Shown: positions 56,095 to 64,000 of the stretch, piece by piece | How positions within the stretch are numbered: position 1 is the first letter of the stretch | Layout of the letters: every line of letters begins with the position of its first letter | NCBI GenBank assembly: GCA_007695305.1 | Contig: REEA01000108.1 | Span: 1,030 to 65,029 of the forward strand | From: Bacteroidia bacterium | GTDB lineage: Bacteria > Bacteroidota > Bacteroidia > Bacteroidales > UBA7960 | Reading direction: 5' to 3' | DNA length: 64,000 nucleotides | Translations under genes and position numbers: made by a program | Notes under the pieces: generated by a model | Seen by the model: the letters and a program-made list of their open reading frames with translations, nothing else | What the model was told of the DNA's origin: nothing | Databases searched by the model: none

Positions 56095-58281
56095 ATGAAG
56101 TCATTCCGTTTTTATCTTTTGATTGCATTTTCAGTGTTTTGCTTGGCCACGGGTGTGCAGGCACAAACGGAGAAAATCACCCTTGAAAAGCTTTGGCAGG
56201 AGCGCTATTTTGCGCCTAAAACCATCAACAGGGGATTATCCATGCAAGACGGGCTGCACTACACACTTATCCGCGATCATACAAACATAGATATGCACCG
56301 CTATGATACGGGAGAACTGGTAAGGAATGTATTCAGCACCGCAGGTTGGCTGGAAGATAATGATGGCAAACCCCTCAGGATCGACACCTATGCTTTCAGT
56401 CCGGATGAGCGTCTGTTGCTCATTGGCGTACAACAGGAATCCATTTACCGCAGGTCGAGGCGGGCCGAGTACCACATATGGGATACTGAAAATAATACGT
56501 TGGTTCCGCTTTCAGAAGGCACAAAACAACGGTTGCCCCACTTTTCTCCGGATGGCAGCAAGGTGGCGTTCGTCAGGCAAAACAACCTTTATATTAAGGA
56601 ACTGGACTCAGGCACTGAATATGCCGTAACCAGCGATGGTAAATACAATGAGATCATCAATGGCACGACTGACTGGGTATACGAGGAAGAGTTTTATATT
56701 ACAAAAGGTTTTGAATGGTCGCCGGATGGACGACGCATTGCTTTTATGCGTTTTGATGAATCACATGTGAAGGAGTTTGTGATGATGAAATACGGTGCAC
56801 TGTATCCTTCAGAATACCGGTTTAAATACCCCAAAGCCGGTGAGGATAACGCCATAGTAACCTTGCACATTTATGACATTGAAACCGGTGAAACGGTTCG
56901 TGTTGATACAGGTGAGGAAACAGACCAGTATATTCCGCGATTTCAATGGACCCGAAACCCTGAGCAATTGTCATTTCAAAGGCTCAACAGGCATCAGAAT
57001 CATTTGGAATTGATGCTGGCAGATGTCAATACCGGAGAAAGCAGCCTGCTTTATGAAGAAACCAACCCGTGGTTTATCGACATCACTTTCGATCTTCGCT
57101 TTTTAGCTGACGGCCAGCATTTTATATTTACCAGTGAAATGAGCGGTTACAACCATATTTACCTCTATGATATGGAGAACAGGGAGCTTAGGGCGGTGAC
57201 ACAAGGCGATTTTGATGTGACCGGCTTTCATGGTGTGGATGAACAGAATGCATTGGTGTATTATGTGGCGCGCAAGGAATCACCGCTCACAAATCACCTT
57301 TATGCAGTTGGTTTGGATGGCCGTGACGGGCGACGGCTGACAGTCGGGAACGGCACCCATTCACCTACTTTCAGTGAGGGCTTTCGTTTTTTTATCAACC
57401 GTTTTTCCGGGGCATCTCATCCGCCTGTTTATAGCATCCACCAAGCAGACGGAGGGCTTGTGCAGGTACTGGAAGACAATGGGGACTTGGTGAGCCGGGT
57501 GGCTGCACATGGTTTTGTTGAGCCTGTATTTTTCAGTTTTCGCACCTCAGAAGACGTGCTTTTGAAAGGGCAAATGATCAAACCACCCGATTTTGATGAG
57601 CGCAATACATATCCGGTATTGATGTATGTTTACGGTGGTCCCGGTCATCAGGCGGTGGTTGATCATTGGAACCCATTTAACGGAGTTTGGTTTCAGATGC
57701 TTGCCCGGGAGGGGTATATTGTGGTGACTGTTGACAACAGGGGTACCGGCGGCAGGGGGGAAGCCTTCAGGAAGATGACCTACCTTCAGCTTGGCAAATA
57801 TGAGACCATTGATCAGATAGAGGCTGCCAAATACCTGGGCTCACTTGACTATATAGATGCCGGCCGGATTGCCATTTTCGGATGGAGCTACGGTGGTTAT
57901 TTGTCTTCGTTATGCCTGGCCAAAGGGGCAGATGTGTTCAGTGCTGCCATTGCGGTAGCCCCGGTCACAAGCTGGCGCTTTTATGATACCATTTACACTG
58001 AAAGGTACATGCGTACCCCACAGGAAAACCCTCAAGGTTATGATGACAATTCGCCCATAAACCATGTGGATAAGATCAGGGGCGATTTCCTGCTGGTGCA
58101 TGGCACCGCTGACGATAACGTGCATTATCAAAATACCATTGAAATGGTGAGTGCCCTTGTTAATTCGGGTATTGATTTTGAGCTGATGATCTACCCGGAT
58201 CAGGATCATGCCATTTTTCGCGGGAATGCCCGATTGCATCTGTATCGGCTGATGACAGATTTTCTGATCCGGGTTTTGTAG
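56095..58281 (+). CDS. dipeptidyl-peptidase IV (S9B family)
   Basis: 728 aa with a signal peptide. It has the propeller block TDWVYEEEF, the nucleophile motif GWSYGGY, and HGTADDNVH. Confidence 0.9.
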   Translation: MKSFRFYLLIAFSVFCLATGVQAQTEKITLEKLWQERYFAPKTINRGLSMQDGLHYTLIRDHTNIDMHRYDTGELVRNVFSTAGWLEDNDGKPLRIDTYAFSPDERLLLIGVQQESIYRRSRRAEYHIWDTENNTLVPLSEGTKQRLPHFSPDGSKVAFVRQNNLYIKELDSGTEYAVTSDGKYNEIINGTTDWVYEEEFYITKGFEWSPDGRRIAFMRFDESHVKEFVMMKYGALYPSEYRFKYPKAGEDNAIVTLHIYDIETGETVRVDTGEETDQYIPRFQWTRNPEQLSFQRLNRHQNHLELMLADVNTGESSLLYEETNPWFIDITFDLRFLADGQHFIFTSEMSGYNHIYLYDMENRELRAVTQGDFDVTGFHGVDEQNALVYYVARKESPLTNHLYAVGLDGRDGRRLTVGNGTHSPTFSEGFRFFINRFSGASHPPVYSIHQADGGLVQVLEDNGDLVSRVAAHGFVEPVFFSFRTSEDVLLKGQMIKPPDFDERNTYPVLMYVYGGPGHQAVVDHWNPFNGVWFQMLAREGYIVVTVDNRGTGGRGEAFRKMTYLQLGKYETIDQIEAAKYLGSLDYIDAGRIAIFGWSYGGYLSSLCLAKGADVFSAAIAVAPVTSWRFYDTIYTERYMRTPQENPQGYDDNSPINHVDKIRGDFLLVHGTADDNVHYQNTIEMVSALVNSGIDFELMIYPDQDHAIFRGNARLHLYRLMTDFLIRVL

Positions 58282-58355
58282 GTTGATTTTTGCAAACAAT
58301 GGCTGCTTTTTTAAAAAAATCTTCTTAAAGATTTTGTAAATAAGAAAATCATTGG

Positions 58356-58363
58356 TATTTTTG
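58356..58363 (+). promoter_or_regulatory. candidate -7 promoter box (TATTTTTG) for rpsU
   Basis: TAnnTTTG match 63 nt upstream of the ATG at 58427. Confidence 0.4.
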
Positions 58364-58426
58364 CATCCGATTTTTACCAAAAAAACGTCCGTTATCTAAT
58401 TAAAAATCAATTAAAAAGAGGACAAT

Positions 58427-58621
58427 ATGATTATTATTCCGATTAAAGAAGGCGAAAACATTGACCGTGTGTTGAAAAAAATGAAGCGCAAGTTTGAAAA
58501 AACAGGCATAATCAGGGAGTTGAGAGATCGTCAAAAATTTACGAAGCCTTCTGTGAAGAAGAGGGAAGAGAAGCTTAAGGCTATATACATACAAAAATTA
58601 AGGGATCAGCAGGACGCTTAG
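58427..58621 (+). CDS. rpsU: 30S ribosomal protein S21
   Basis: 64 aa with the blocks ENIDRVLKKMKRKFEKTGIIRELRDRQKFTKPS and KKREE. Confidence 0.95.
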   Translation: MIIIPIKEGENIDRVLKKMKRKFEKTGIIRELRDRQKFTKPSVKKREEKLKAIYIQKLRDQQDA

Positions 58622-58725
58622 TAAAGAACTCTCAAAGGATAAACCTTTTTTTTTGGAAGAAATTTTTGCAAATGCCGTTTTTTTGGCATAACTTTAACGC
58701 AAAGGTTTCTTCTTTTCATTTCCAC

Positions 58726-59619
58726 ATGGTTGAATATTCGCAGATATTTCTGGATCACATGCAGCAGGTGAAGCGTTGTTCGCCACACACGTTAACTGCC
58801 TACAAGGCTGATATAGGCTGTTTTGAGGTGTTCCTGGAAAAGCGGTTTGCCTTGCGGAGTGCCCATTTAGCGGATGCGGGCATGGTTCGCACATGGTTTG
58901 CGGACTTAAGCAGCATTGGAGCGGCAAAAAGCACCATTAACAGAAAAGTATCTTCTTTGCGCTCTTTTTACGGTTTTCTGGAAAAGCAAAACATCATTGA
59001 AAAGAATCCCATGTTAAGGATCAGGTCTGTAAAAAAGCCTGGCAATTTGCCTGCATCGGTTGACGAGAGCAATCTGATGCGGTTGTTTGAGGAAGATAGT
59101 TTTATGGACGATGATTTTGCCGGTTTGCGTGATCGCTTGTTGCTGGAGTTATTGTACGCTACCGGCATTCGTTTGTCGGAATTGATACAATTGAGAGAGC
59201 AGGACGTGGATCCGCAAGCCATGCGTTTGAGGGTTTATGGTAAGGGGAACAAGGAGAGAATACTTCCATTGCTTCAGCATATTGTTGATTTATATAGCAG
59301 GTACACGGCACAAAAGGAGCGTAAGTTCGGACCCGGCAGGGAGTCCTGGTTTTTTTTGACAGACAAAGGCCGTCAGCTTTATCCTGTTTTTGTTTACAGG
59401 AAGGTCAGGCATTATCTTGGTATGGTTACCACCCGGACAAAAAGGAGTCCTCATGTGCTGCGTCATTCTTTTGCCACGCACATGCTTGATCATGGTGCTG
59501 ATTTGAATGCCATCAAAGAGTTGCTTGGACATGCAAATTTATCGGCTACCCAAATATACACCCACAATACAATAGATAAAATCAAACATGTTTATAAACA
59601 AGCCCATCCAAAGGCTTAA
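58726..59619 (+). CDS. xerC: tyrosine recombinase XerC/XerD family
   Basis: The start is set to ATG 58726 (MVEYSQIFLDH), giving 297 aa. Catalytic signature blocks are ATGIRLSEL, RHSFATHML and LLGHANLSATQIYTH. Confidence 0.8.
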   Translation: MVEYSQIFLDHMQQVKRCSPHTLTAYKADIGCFEVFLEKRFALRSAHLADAGMVRTWFADLSSIGAAKSTINRKVSSLRSFYGFLEKQNIIEKNPMLRIRSVKKPGNLPASVDESNLMRLFEEDSFMDDDFAGLRDRLLLELLYATGIRLSELIQLREQDVDPQAMRLRVYGKGNKERILPLLQHIVDLYSRYTAQKERKFGPGRESWFFLTDKGRQLYPVFVYRKVRHYLGMVTTRTKRSPHVLRHSFATHMLDHGADLNAIKELLGHANLSATQIYTHNTIDKIKHVYKQAHPKA

Positions 59620-59641
59620 ATAATTCGGAGGACAAAGAAAC

Positions 59642-59941
59642 ATGAAATTGACGATCAGTTCAATCCATTTTAAGGCAGATGTTAAGTTAGAGGACTTTAT
59701 CAGGGAAAAAACAGCAAAGCTTTCCAATCTTTTCGATGGGGTGATAGGATGTGATGTCACCTTAAAGCTGGATGCTGCTTCCAACAATGAGAACAAGATA
59801 GCGGAGATCCGTGTGCTGATTCCCGGCAATGATCTGTTTGCAAAGAAGCAGTCGAAGACATTTGAGGAAGCAGTTGACAATGCGGTGGATGCATTGAAAC
59901 GTCAGGTTAAAAAGCACAAAGAAAAATTGCGGGGCTTATAA
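59642..59941 (+). CDS. hpf: ribosome hibernation promoting factor / RaiA family
   Basis: 99 aa with the blocks MKLTISSIHFKAD..L..FI..K..KL and AVDALKRQVKKHKEK. Confidence 0.9.
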   Translation: MKLTISSIHFKADVKLEDFIREKTAKLSNLFDGVIGCDVTLKLDAASNNENKIAEIRVLIPGNDLFAKKQSKTFEEAVDNAVDALKRQVKKHKEKLRGL

Positions 59942-59996
59942 TTTTAAAACTTTCAAAAAAAAATCATTGTTTTTTTGGTAGGTAATAAAACTTTTG

Positions 59997-60004
59997 TACA
60001 TTTG
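59997..60004 (+). promoter_or_regulatory. candidate -7 promoter box (TACATTTG) for the tRNA-tuf transcription unit
   Basis: TAnnTTTG match 37 nt upstream of the first tRNA. Confidence 0.5.
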
Positions 60005-60041
60005 CAGACCTTTTTGCGAAGCTCTTTGAAAAGGTCCTGAT

Positions 60042-60115
60042 GCCGATGTAGCTCAGTTGGTCAGAGCAGCTGATTTGTAATCAGCTGGCCGGGGGTTCGA
60101 ATCCCTCCATCGGCT
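60042..60115 (+). tRNA. tRNA-Thr (anticodon TGT)
   Basis: Folded by hand. The acceptor stem is GCCGATG/CATCGGC, the D arm GCTC..GAGC, the anticodon stem-loop GCTGA-TTTGTAA-TCAGC and the T arm GGGGG-TTCGAAT-CCCTC. Confidence 0.95.
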
Positions 60116-60133
60116 CTTAGAAGATAAATATTT

Positions 60134-60215
60134 GGGGGGGTTCCAGAGCGGTCAAATGGGGCAGACTGTAAATCTGTTGGCTTCGCCTTCGGAGGTTCGA
60201 ATCCTTCCCCCCCCA
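60134..60215 (+). tRNA. tRNA-Tyr (anticodon GTA)
   Basis: The acceptor stem is GGGGGGG/CCCCCCC and the anticodon loop is CTGTAAA. It has a long variable arm and the T loop TTCGAAT. Confidence 0.93.
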
Positions 60216-60223
60216 CTTTGTTA

Positions 60224-60296
60224 GCGGAAATAGCTCATCTGGTAGAGCGACAGCCTTCCAAGCTGTAGGTGGCGGGTTCGAGTCCCGTTTTCCGCT
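60224..60296 (+). tRNA. tRNA-Gly (anticodon TCC)
   Basis: The acceptor stem is GCGGAAA/TTTCCGC, the anticodon stem-loop ACAGC-CTTCCAA-GCTGT and the T loop TTCGAGT. Confidence 0.95.
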
Positions 60297-60310
60297 CAAA
60301 CAGAATCCCT

Positions 60311-60382
60311 GCCGATGTAGCTCAGGGGTAGAGCGTTTCCTTGGTAAGGAAGAGGCCACGGGTTCAATTCCCGTCATCGGCT
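60311..60382 (+). tRNA. tRNA-Thr (anticodon GGT)
   Basis: The acceptor stem is GCCGATG/CATCGGC, the anticodon loop TTGGTAA and the T loop TTCAATT. Confidence 0.95.
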
Positions 60383-60446
60383 CTACGAATAATGAATTAA
60401 ACAATTTGTTGAATCCCATTTAATTAAACCTAAACACCAGTAAGAT

Positions 60447-61634
60447 ATGGCAAAAGAAAAATTTCAACGTACGAAGCCGCACGTGAATGTTGGCACCATT
60501 GGTCACGTTGACCACGGTAAAACCACACTCACCGCTGCGATTACACAAGTGTTGGCAGAAAAAGGATTGTCTGAAATCAGGTCGTTCGATTCTATTGATA
60601 ACGCTCCGGAAGAGAAAGAAAGAGGTATCACAATCAATACGGCACACGTTGAGTATCAAACAGAGGCAAGGCACTACGCTCACGTTGACTGTCCCGGACA
60701 CGCCGACTATGTTAAGAACATGGTAACGGGTGCTGCCCAGATGGACGGCGCGATCCTCGTAGTTGCTGCAACCGACGGTCCCATGCCACAAACACGTGAG
60801 CATATTCTTTTGGCCCGTCAGGTTGGTGTTCCTCAGCTCGTAGTATTCATGAATAAGGTTGACCTCGTTGATGATGAAGAGCTTCTGGAGCTCGTAGAAA
60901 TGGAAATCCGTGAGCTGCTGTCTTTCTATGAGTTCGACGGTGACAACATCCCCGTAATCCAGGGATCCGCTCTCGGTGGGCTGAACAACGAACCAAAATG
61001 GGTAGAAAAGATTGTTGAGCTGATGGATGCCGTTGACAATTTTATCCCGCTGCCACAGCGTGATGTTGACAAGGACTTCCTGATGCCCGTTGAGGACGTA
61101 TTCTCAATCACAGGACGTGGAACCGTTGCTACAGGTCGTATCGAAACCGGCGTAATCAACAGTGGTGATCCCGTTGAAATTATCGGTATGGGTGCTGAAA
61201 AGCTCAAGTCGGTAGTAACCGGTGTGGAAATGTTCCGCAAAATCCTCGACCGTGGTGAAGCTGGCGACAACACCGGTTTGCTGCTCCGTGGTATTGATAA
61301 GGATGCCATCACCCGTGGTATGGTAATTTGTAAGCCAGGCTCTGTGAAGCCCCACAGGAAGTTCAAAGCAGAGGTTTACGTTTTGAAAAAAGAAGAAGGC
61401 GGTCGCCACACGCCATTTGGCAACAAATATCGTCCGCAGTTCTTCTTCCGTACAACTGACGTTACCGGTGAGATCATGCTTTCCGAAGGACGCGAAATGG
61501 TAATGCCTGGCGATAACCTCACCATCAATGTTGAGCTGATCGCTGACGTTGCCATGGACAAAGGTCTCCGCTTTGCGATCCGTGAGGGTGGACGTACGGT
61601 AGGCGCCGGACAGGTAACTGAAATTGTTGACTAA
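60447..61634 (+). CDS. tuf: elongation factor Tu
   Basis: 395 aa. Motifs are [17 protein letters not shown] and NKVD. Confidence 0.98.
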   Translation: MAKEKFQRTKPHVNVGTIGHVDHGKTTLTAAITQVLAEKGLSEIRSFDSIDNAPEEKERGITINTAHVEYQTEARHYAHVDCPGHADYVKNMVTGAAQMDGAILVVAATDGPMPQTREHILLARQVGVPQLVVFMNKVDLVDDEELLELVEMEIRELLSFYEFDGDNIPVIQGSALGGLNNEPKWVEKIVELMDAVDNFIPLPQRDVDKDFLMPVEDVFSITGRGTVATGRIETGVINSGDPVEIIGMGAEKLKSVVTGVEMFRKILDRGEAGDNTGLLLRGIDKDAITRGMVICKPGSVKPHRKFKAEVYVLKKEEGGRHTPFGNKYRPQFFFRTTDVTGEIMLSEGREMVMPGDNLTINVELIADVAMDKGLRFAIREGGRTVGAGQVTEIVD

Positions 61635-61706
61635 CATCTTATTTTAGAAGGTTTTTGGTGACAATTCGCTGCATGTGGTGCTTGTCACCAAGAACTTCTG
61701 TTTTAC

Positions 61707-61779
61707 ACGGGTGTAGCTCAATTGGTAGAGTAGCGGTCTCCAAAACCGTTGGTTGAGGGTTCGATTCCTTCCACCCGTG
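61707..61779 (+). tRNA. tRNA-Trp (anticodon CCA)
   Basis: The acceptor stem is ACGGGTG/CACCCGT, the anticodon stem-loop CGGT-CTCCAAA-ACCG and the T loop TTCGATT. Confidence 0.93.
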
Positions 61780-61803
61780 CAAATAGTTGAACATTCAAAA
61801 GAT

Positions 61804-61998
61804 ATGAAGAAAATCAGAGCCTATATCAGAGAATCTTATGATGAGTTGATCAACAAGGTTTCCTGGCCCTCATGGAGTGACCTGCAGAATAGCGCAGTGG
61901 TAGTATCTATTGCTTCCCTTATAATCGCATTAATCGTTTATTTGATGGATATTTCCTTTAGCTCCGTTCTTGATCAATTTTACCGTCTCTTTTTGTAA
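61804..61998 (+). CDS. secE: preprotein translocase subunit SecE
   Basis: The start is set to ATG 61804 (MKKIRAYIRESYDELINKVSWPSW), giving 64 aa with a single C-terminal TM helix. It sits between tRNA-Trp and nusG. Confidence 0.85.
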   Translation: MKKIRAYIRESYDELINKVSWPSWSDLQNSAVVVSIASLIIALIVYLMDISFSSVLDQFYRLFL

Positions 61999-62094
61999 TG
62001 ATCCCGACTTGTAGTGGCCTGAACAATGTGTCTTTCATTGACGACTTTTGTCGGTTACACAAGATTTATGCGGAAATCAGATTTCTAGATTAGT

Positions 62095-62637
62095 ATGAGC
62101 GAGCAAGTTAAAAAATGGTATGTTGTCCGGGCTGTCAGCGGTAGTGAGAAAAAGGTGAAACAATACCTTGATAATGAAATCACGAGGCTGGGGCTGGAGG
62201 ATTATGTATCGCAAGTACTGATTCCTACTGAAAAGGTTTATCAGGTGCGTAAAGGAAAAAAAGTAAGCACTGAGCGAAACTATTTTCCTGGTTATGTACT
62301 CGTTGAAGCAGCTTTGGTAGGAGAAATACCGCATATTATCAGGAACATTCCCGGGGTATTGGGTTTTTTGGGCTCTGGTGCTGACCCTGTACCTCTCCGC
62401 CCGTCAGAAGTTAACCGTATTTTAGGCAAGGTTGATGAATTGTCGGGCAAACAAGAAGAACTTACTGTTCCTTTCATAGTAGGGGAAACAGTAAAAGTTA
62501 CTGACGGACCGTTTAACAGTTTCTCAGGTGTTATCGAGGAAATCAATGAAGAGAAGAAAAAATTGAAGGTGATGGTAAAGATTTTCGGTCGTAAGACACC
62601 TTTGGAATTGAGTTTCATGCAGGTTGAGAAGGAATAG
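62095..62637 (+). CDS. nusG: transcription termination/antitermination factor NusG
   Basis: 180 aa. The NGN domain begins KKWYVVRAVSGSEKKV. The KOW motif is VGETVKVTDGPFNSFSGVI. Confidence 0.95.
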   Translation: MSEQVKKWYVVRAVSGSEKKVKQYLDNEITRLGLEDYVSQVLIPTEKVYQVRKGKKVSTERNYFPGYVLVEAALVGEIPHIIRNIPGVLGFLGSGADPVPLRPSEVNRILGKVDELSGKQEELTVPFIVGETVKVTDGPFNSFSGVIEEINEEKKKLKVMVKIFGRKTPLELSFMQVEKE

Positions 62638-62737
62638 CTGTCCTTATTTTGGAGAAGTAACCTCCGACTGATGTGCGGTTTTTTCTTATCAATTGGCTGG
62701 AAATGTTAATCCCCTTAAATGAAAAACAATTTTAAAC

Positions 62738-63175
62738 ATGGCAAAAGAAGTTAGTGGAATCATTAAGCTGCAAATAAAGGGGGGCGCTGCCAATCCATCT
62801 CCTCCCGTTGGCCCGGCATTGGGTGCCAAAGGGGTAAATATCATGGAGTTTTGCAAGCAGTTCAATGCCCGTACGCAAGACAAGGCAGGTAAGGTGATCC
62901 CCGTGATCATCACGGTTTTCAAAGATAAGTCTTTCAACTTTATCATTAAAACCCCGCCTGTTGCCGTGCAGTTGCGTGAAGCTGCCAAAATTAAATCCGG
63001 CTCGGCAGAACCCAACAGGACCAAAGTCGCCACCATTACCTGGGATAAGGTAAAAGTGATCGCTGAGGAAAAGATGCCTGACCTTAACTGCTTCACCCTG
63101 GATTCGGCAATGAATATGGTTGCCGGTACCGCACGCAGTATGGGAATACGTATCAAAGGGGAACGCCCTGCTTAA
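62738..63175 (+). CDS. rplK: 50S ribosomal protein L11
   Basis: 145 aa with the block [35 protein letters not shown]. Confidence 0.97.
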   Translation: MAKEVSGIIKLQIKGGAANPSPPVGPALGAKGVNIMEFCKQFNARTQDKAGKVIPVIITVFKDKSFNFIIKTPPVAVQLREAAKIKSGSAEPNRTKVATITWDKVKVIAEEKMPDLNCFTLDSAMNMVAGTARSMGIRIKGERPA

Positions 63176-63233
63176 TGTCGTTGCAGCTGCACGTCATGAG
63201 CAATGAATTATTAAGCTTAACGCAAACTGAAAA

Positions 63234-63929
63234 ATGGCTAAATTAACGAAAAACCAAAAAGAAGCTCTGTCGAAGTTCGATAGAACAGCGGTATATACCT
63301 TATCCGAAGCAGCAGATCTCGTTAAAAAGATCAACTATACCAAATTTGATGCATCTGTTGACCTTGACGTCAGGCTTGGGGTAGATCCCCGTAAAGCCAA
63401 CCAAATGGTCAGGGGTGTGGTTACGCTGCCGCATGGTACAGGTAAAACCGTTCGTGTATTGGTGCTTTGTGGTCCTGAAAAGGAAGATGAAGCAAAAGCA
63501 GCCGGAGCTGATTATGTTGGTTTGGATGAATATGTGGAGAAGATCAAAGGCGGCTGGACCGATGTGGATGTGGTCATTACCACTCCCAATGTGATGCCTA
63601 AAGTTGGTGCCCTGGGACGTATCCTTGGGCCCCGTGGCCTCATGCCCAATCCAAAAGCTGGTACGGTTACCATGGACATTGGAAAAGCAGTGTCAGATGT
63701 AAAGGCCGGTAAGATCGACTTCAAAGTGGATAAGTTTGGTATTATTCACGCCGGTATCGGAAAGGTTTCTTTTGAAAAGGAGAAAATCCTGGAAAATGCC
63801 AAAGAGCTCATCCAAACCATCATCCGTTTAAAACCTGCCGCTGCCAAAGGCACGTACGTGCGTAGCATTTATATGTCGAGCACCATGAGCCCGGGCATCC
63901 AGGTTGAAACTAAATCAGTAACATTATAA
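63234..63929 (+). CDS. rplA: 50S ribosomal protein L1
   Basis: 231 aa with the blocks [24 protein letters not shown] and [15 protein letters not shown]. Confidence 0.97.
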   Translation: MAKLTKNQKEALSKFDRTAVYTLSEAADLVKKINYTKFDASVDLDVRLGVDPRKANQMVRGVVTLPHGTGKTVRVLVLCGPEKEDEAKAAGADYVGLDEYVEKIKGGWTDVDVVITTPNVMPKVGALGRILGPRGLMPNPKAGTVTMDIGKAVSDVKAGKIDFKVDKFGIIHAGIGKVSFEKEKILENAKELIQTIIRLKPAAAKGTYVRSIYMSSTMSPGIQVETKSVTL

Positions 63930-63966
63930 ACGAAAGGTGCTTCACCTGTAAAGAAGTTTACGATTT

Positions 63967-64000
63967 ATGAAAACCAGAGAAAAAAAATATCAGATCATTG
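63967..64000 (+). CDS. rplJ: 5' end of 50S ribosomal protein L10 (partial, runs off the window)
   Basis: ATG at 63967 (MKTREKKYQII...), in the position expected for rplJ after rplA. Only 11 codons are visible. Confidence 0.5.
   Translation, partial: MKTREKKYQII

Noticed and set aside
58726-59619. The tyrosine recombinase as a sign of an integrated mobile element next to the tRNA cluster.
   Set aside because: It has the XerC/XerD-type layout (~297 aa). It sits in the rpsU-recombinase-hpf-tRNA-tuf arrangement, which I recall as conserved in Bacteroidota. No flanking direct repeats, cargo genes, excisionase or compositional shift are visible.
60042-60382. The two tRNA-Thr genes sharing an identical acceptor stem, as possible att-site duplication or island boundaries.
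   Set aside because: They carry different anticodons (TGT and GGT) and different bodies. They are separated only by tRNA-Tyr and tRNA-Gly, the standard tRNA block upstream of tuf.

Overview
Core chromosomal segment of a Bacteroidota genome. The phylum is inferred from gene order, TAnnTTTG-type -7 promoter boxes and A-rich start contexts without a Shine-Dalgarno sequence.

- 0.3-15 kb: housekeeping genes. These are a UbiE/MenG methyltransferase, an M28/glutaminyl-cyclase-like lipoprotein, a PAS-LuxR regulator, an M-box riboswitch with mgtE, argS, an AbgT transporter, an S9 peptidase, ispE, an AsmA-like protein and rluB.
- 16.1-30.8 kb: a minus-strand dcw cluster, mraZ-rsmH-ftsL-ftsI-murE-mraY-murD*-ftsW-murG-murC-ftsQ-ftsA-ftsZ. 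murD is reduced to a 182-aa C-terminal remnant. A three-repeat MraZ operator is visible upstream of mraZ.
- 31-43 kb: a glycine-lipid-type acyltransferase pair (glsA/glsB-like), engB, a GldB-like lipoprotein, an OM beta-barrel, nadE, nfu, an alkyltransferase-like protein, trmB, an HU/SPOR protein, kdsB, a deoxynucleoside kinase and a GH3-family protein.
- 43.4-48.4 kb: an uncharacterised co-directional cluster of an orphan histidine kinase, a LolA-like protein, an N-terminally extended YidD-like protein and two paralogous TPR+membrane proteins. A convergent TM2 protein follows.
- 48.4-58.3 kb: a GH16 without a signal peptide in an AT-rich pocket, a 1-Cys peroxiredoxin, a tricorn-protease homologue, pssA, purS, yraN and DPP-IV.
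- 58.4-64 kb: the translation cluster rpsU-xerC-hpf-tRNA(Thr,Tyr,Gly,Thr)-tuf-tRNA(Trp)-secE-nusG-rplK-rplA-rplJ'.

I saw no CRISPR array, transposase/IS, prophage or recognisable defence system. The items most worth a second look are the truncated murD, the HK/LolA/YidD/TPR cluster, and an 8-bp AAATGTCR tandem repeat that recurs in two (possibly three) intergenic regions. All calls come from reading the ORF translations and the sequence. No database search was run.
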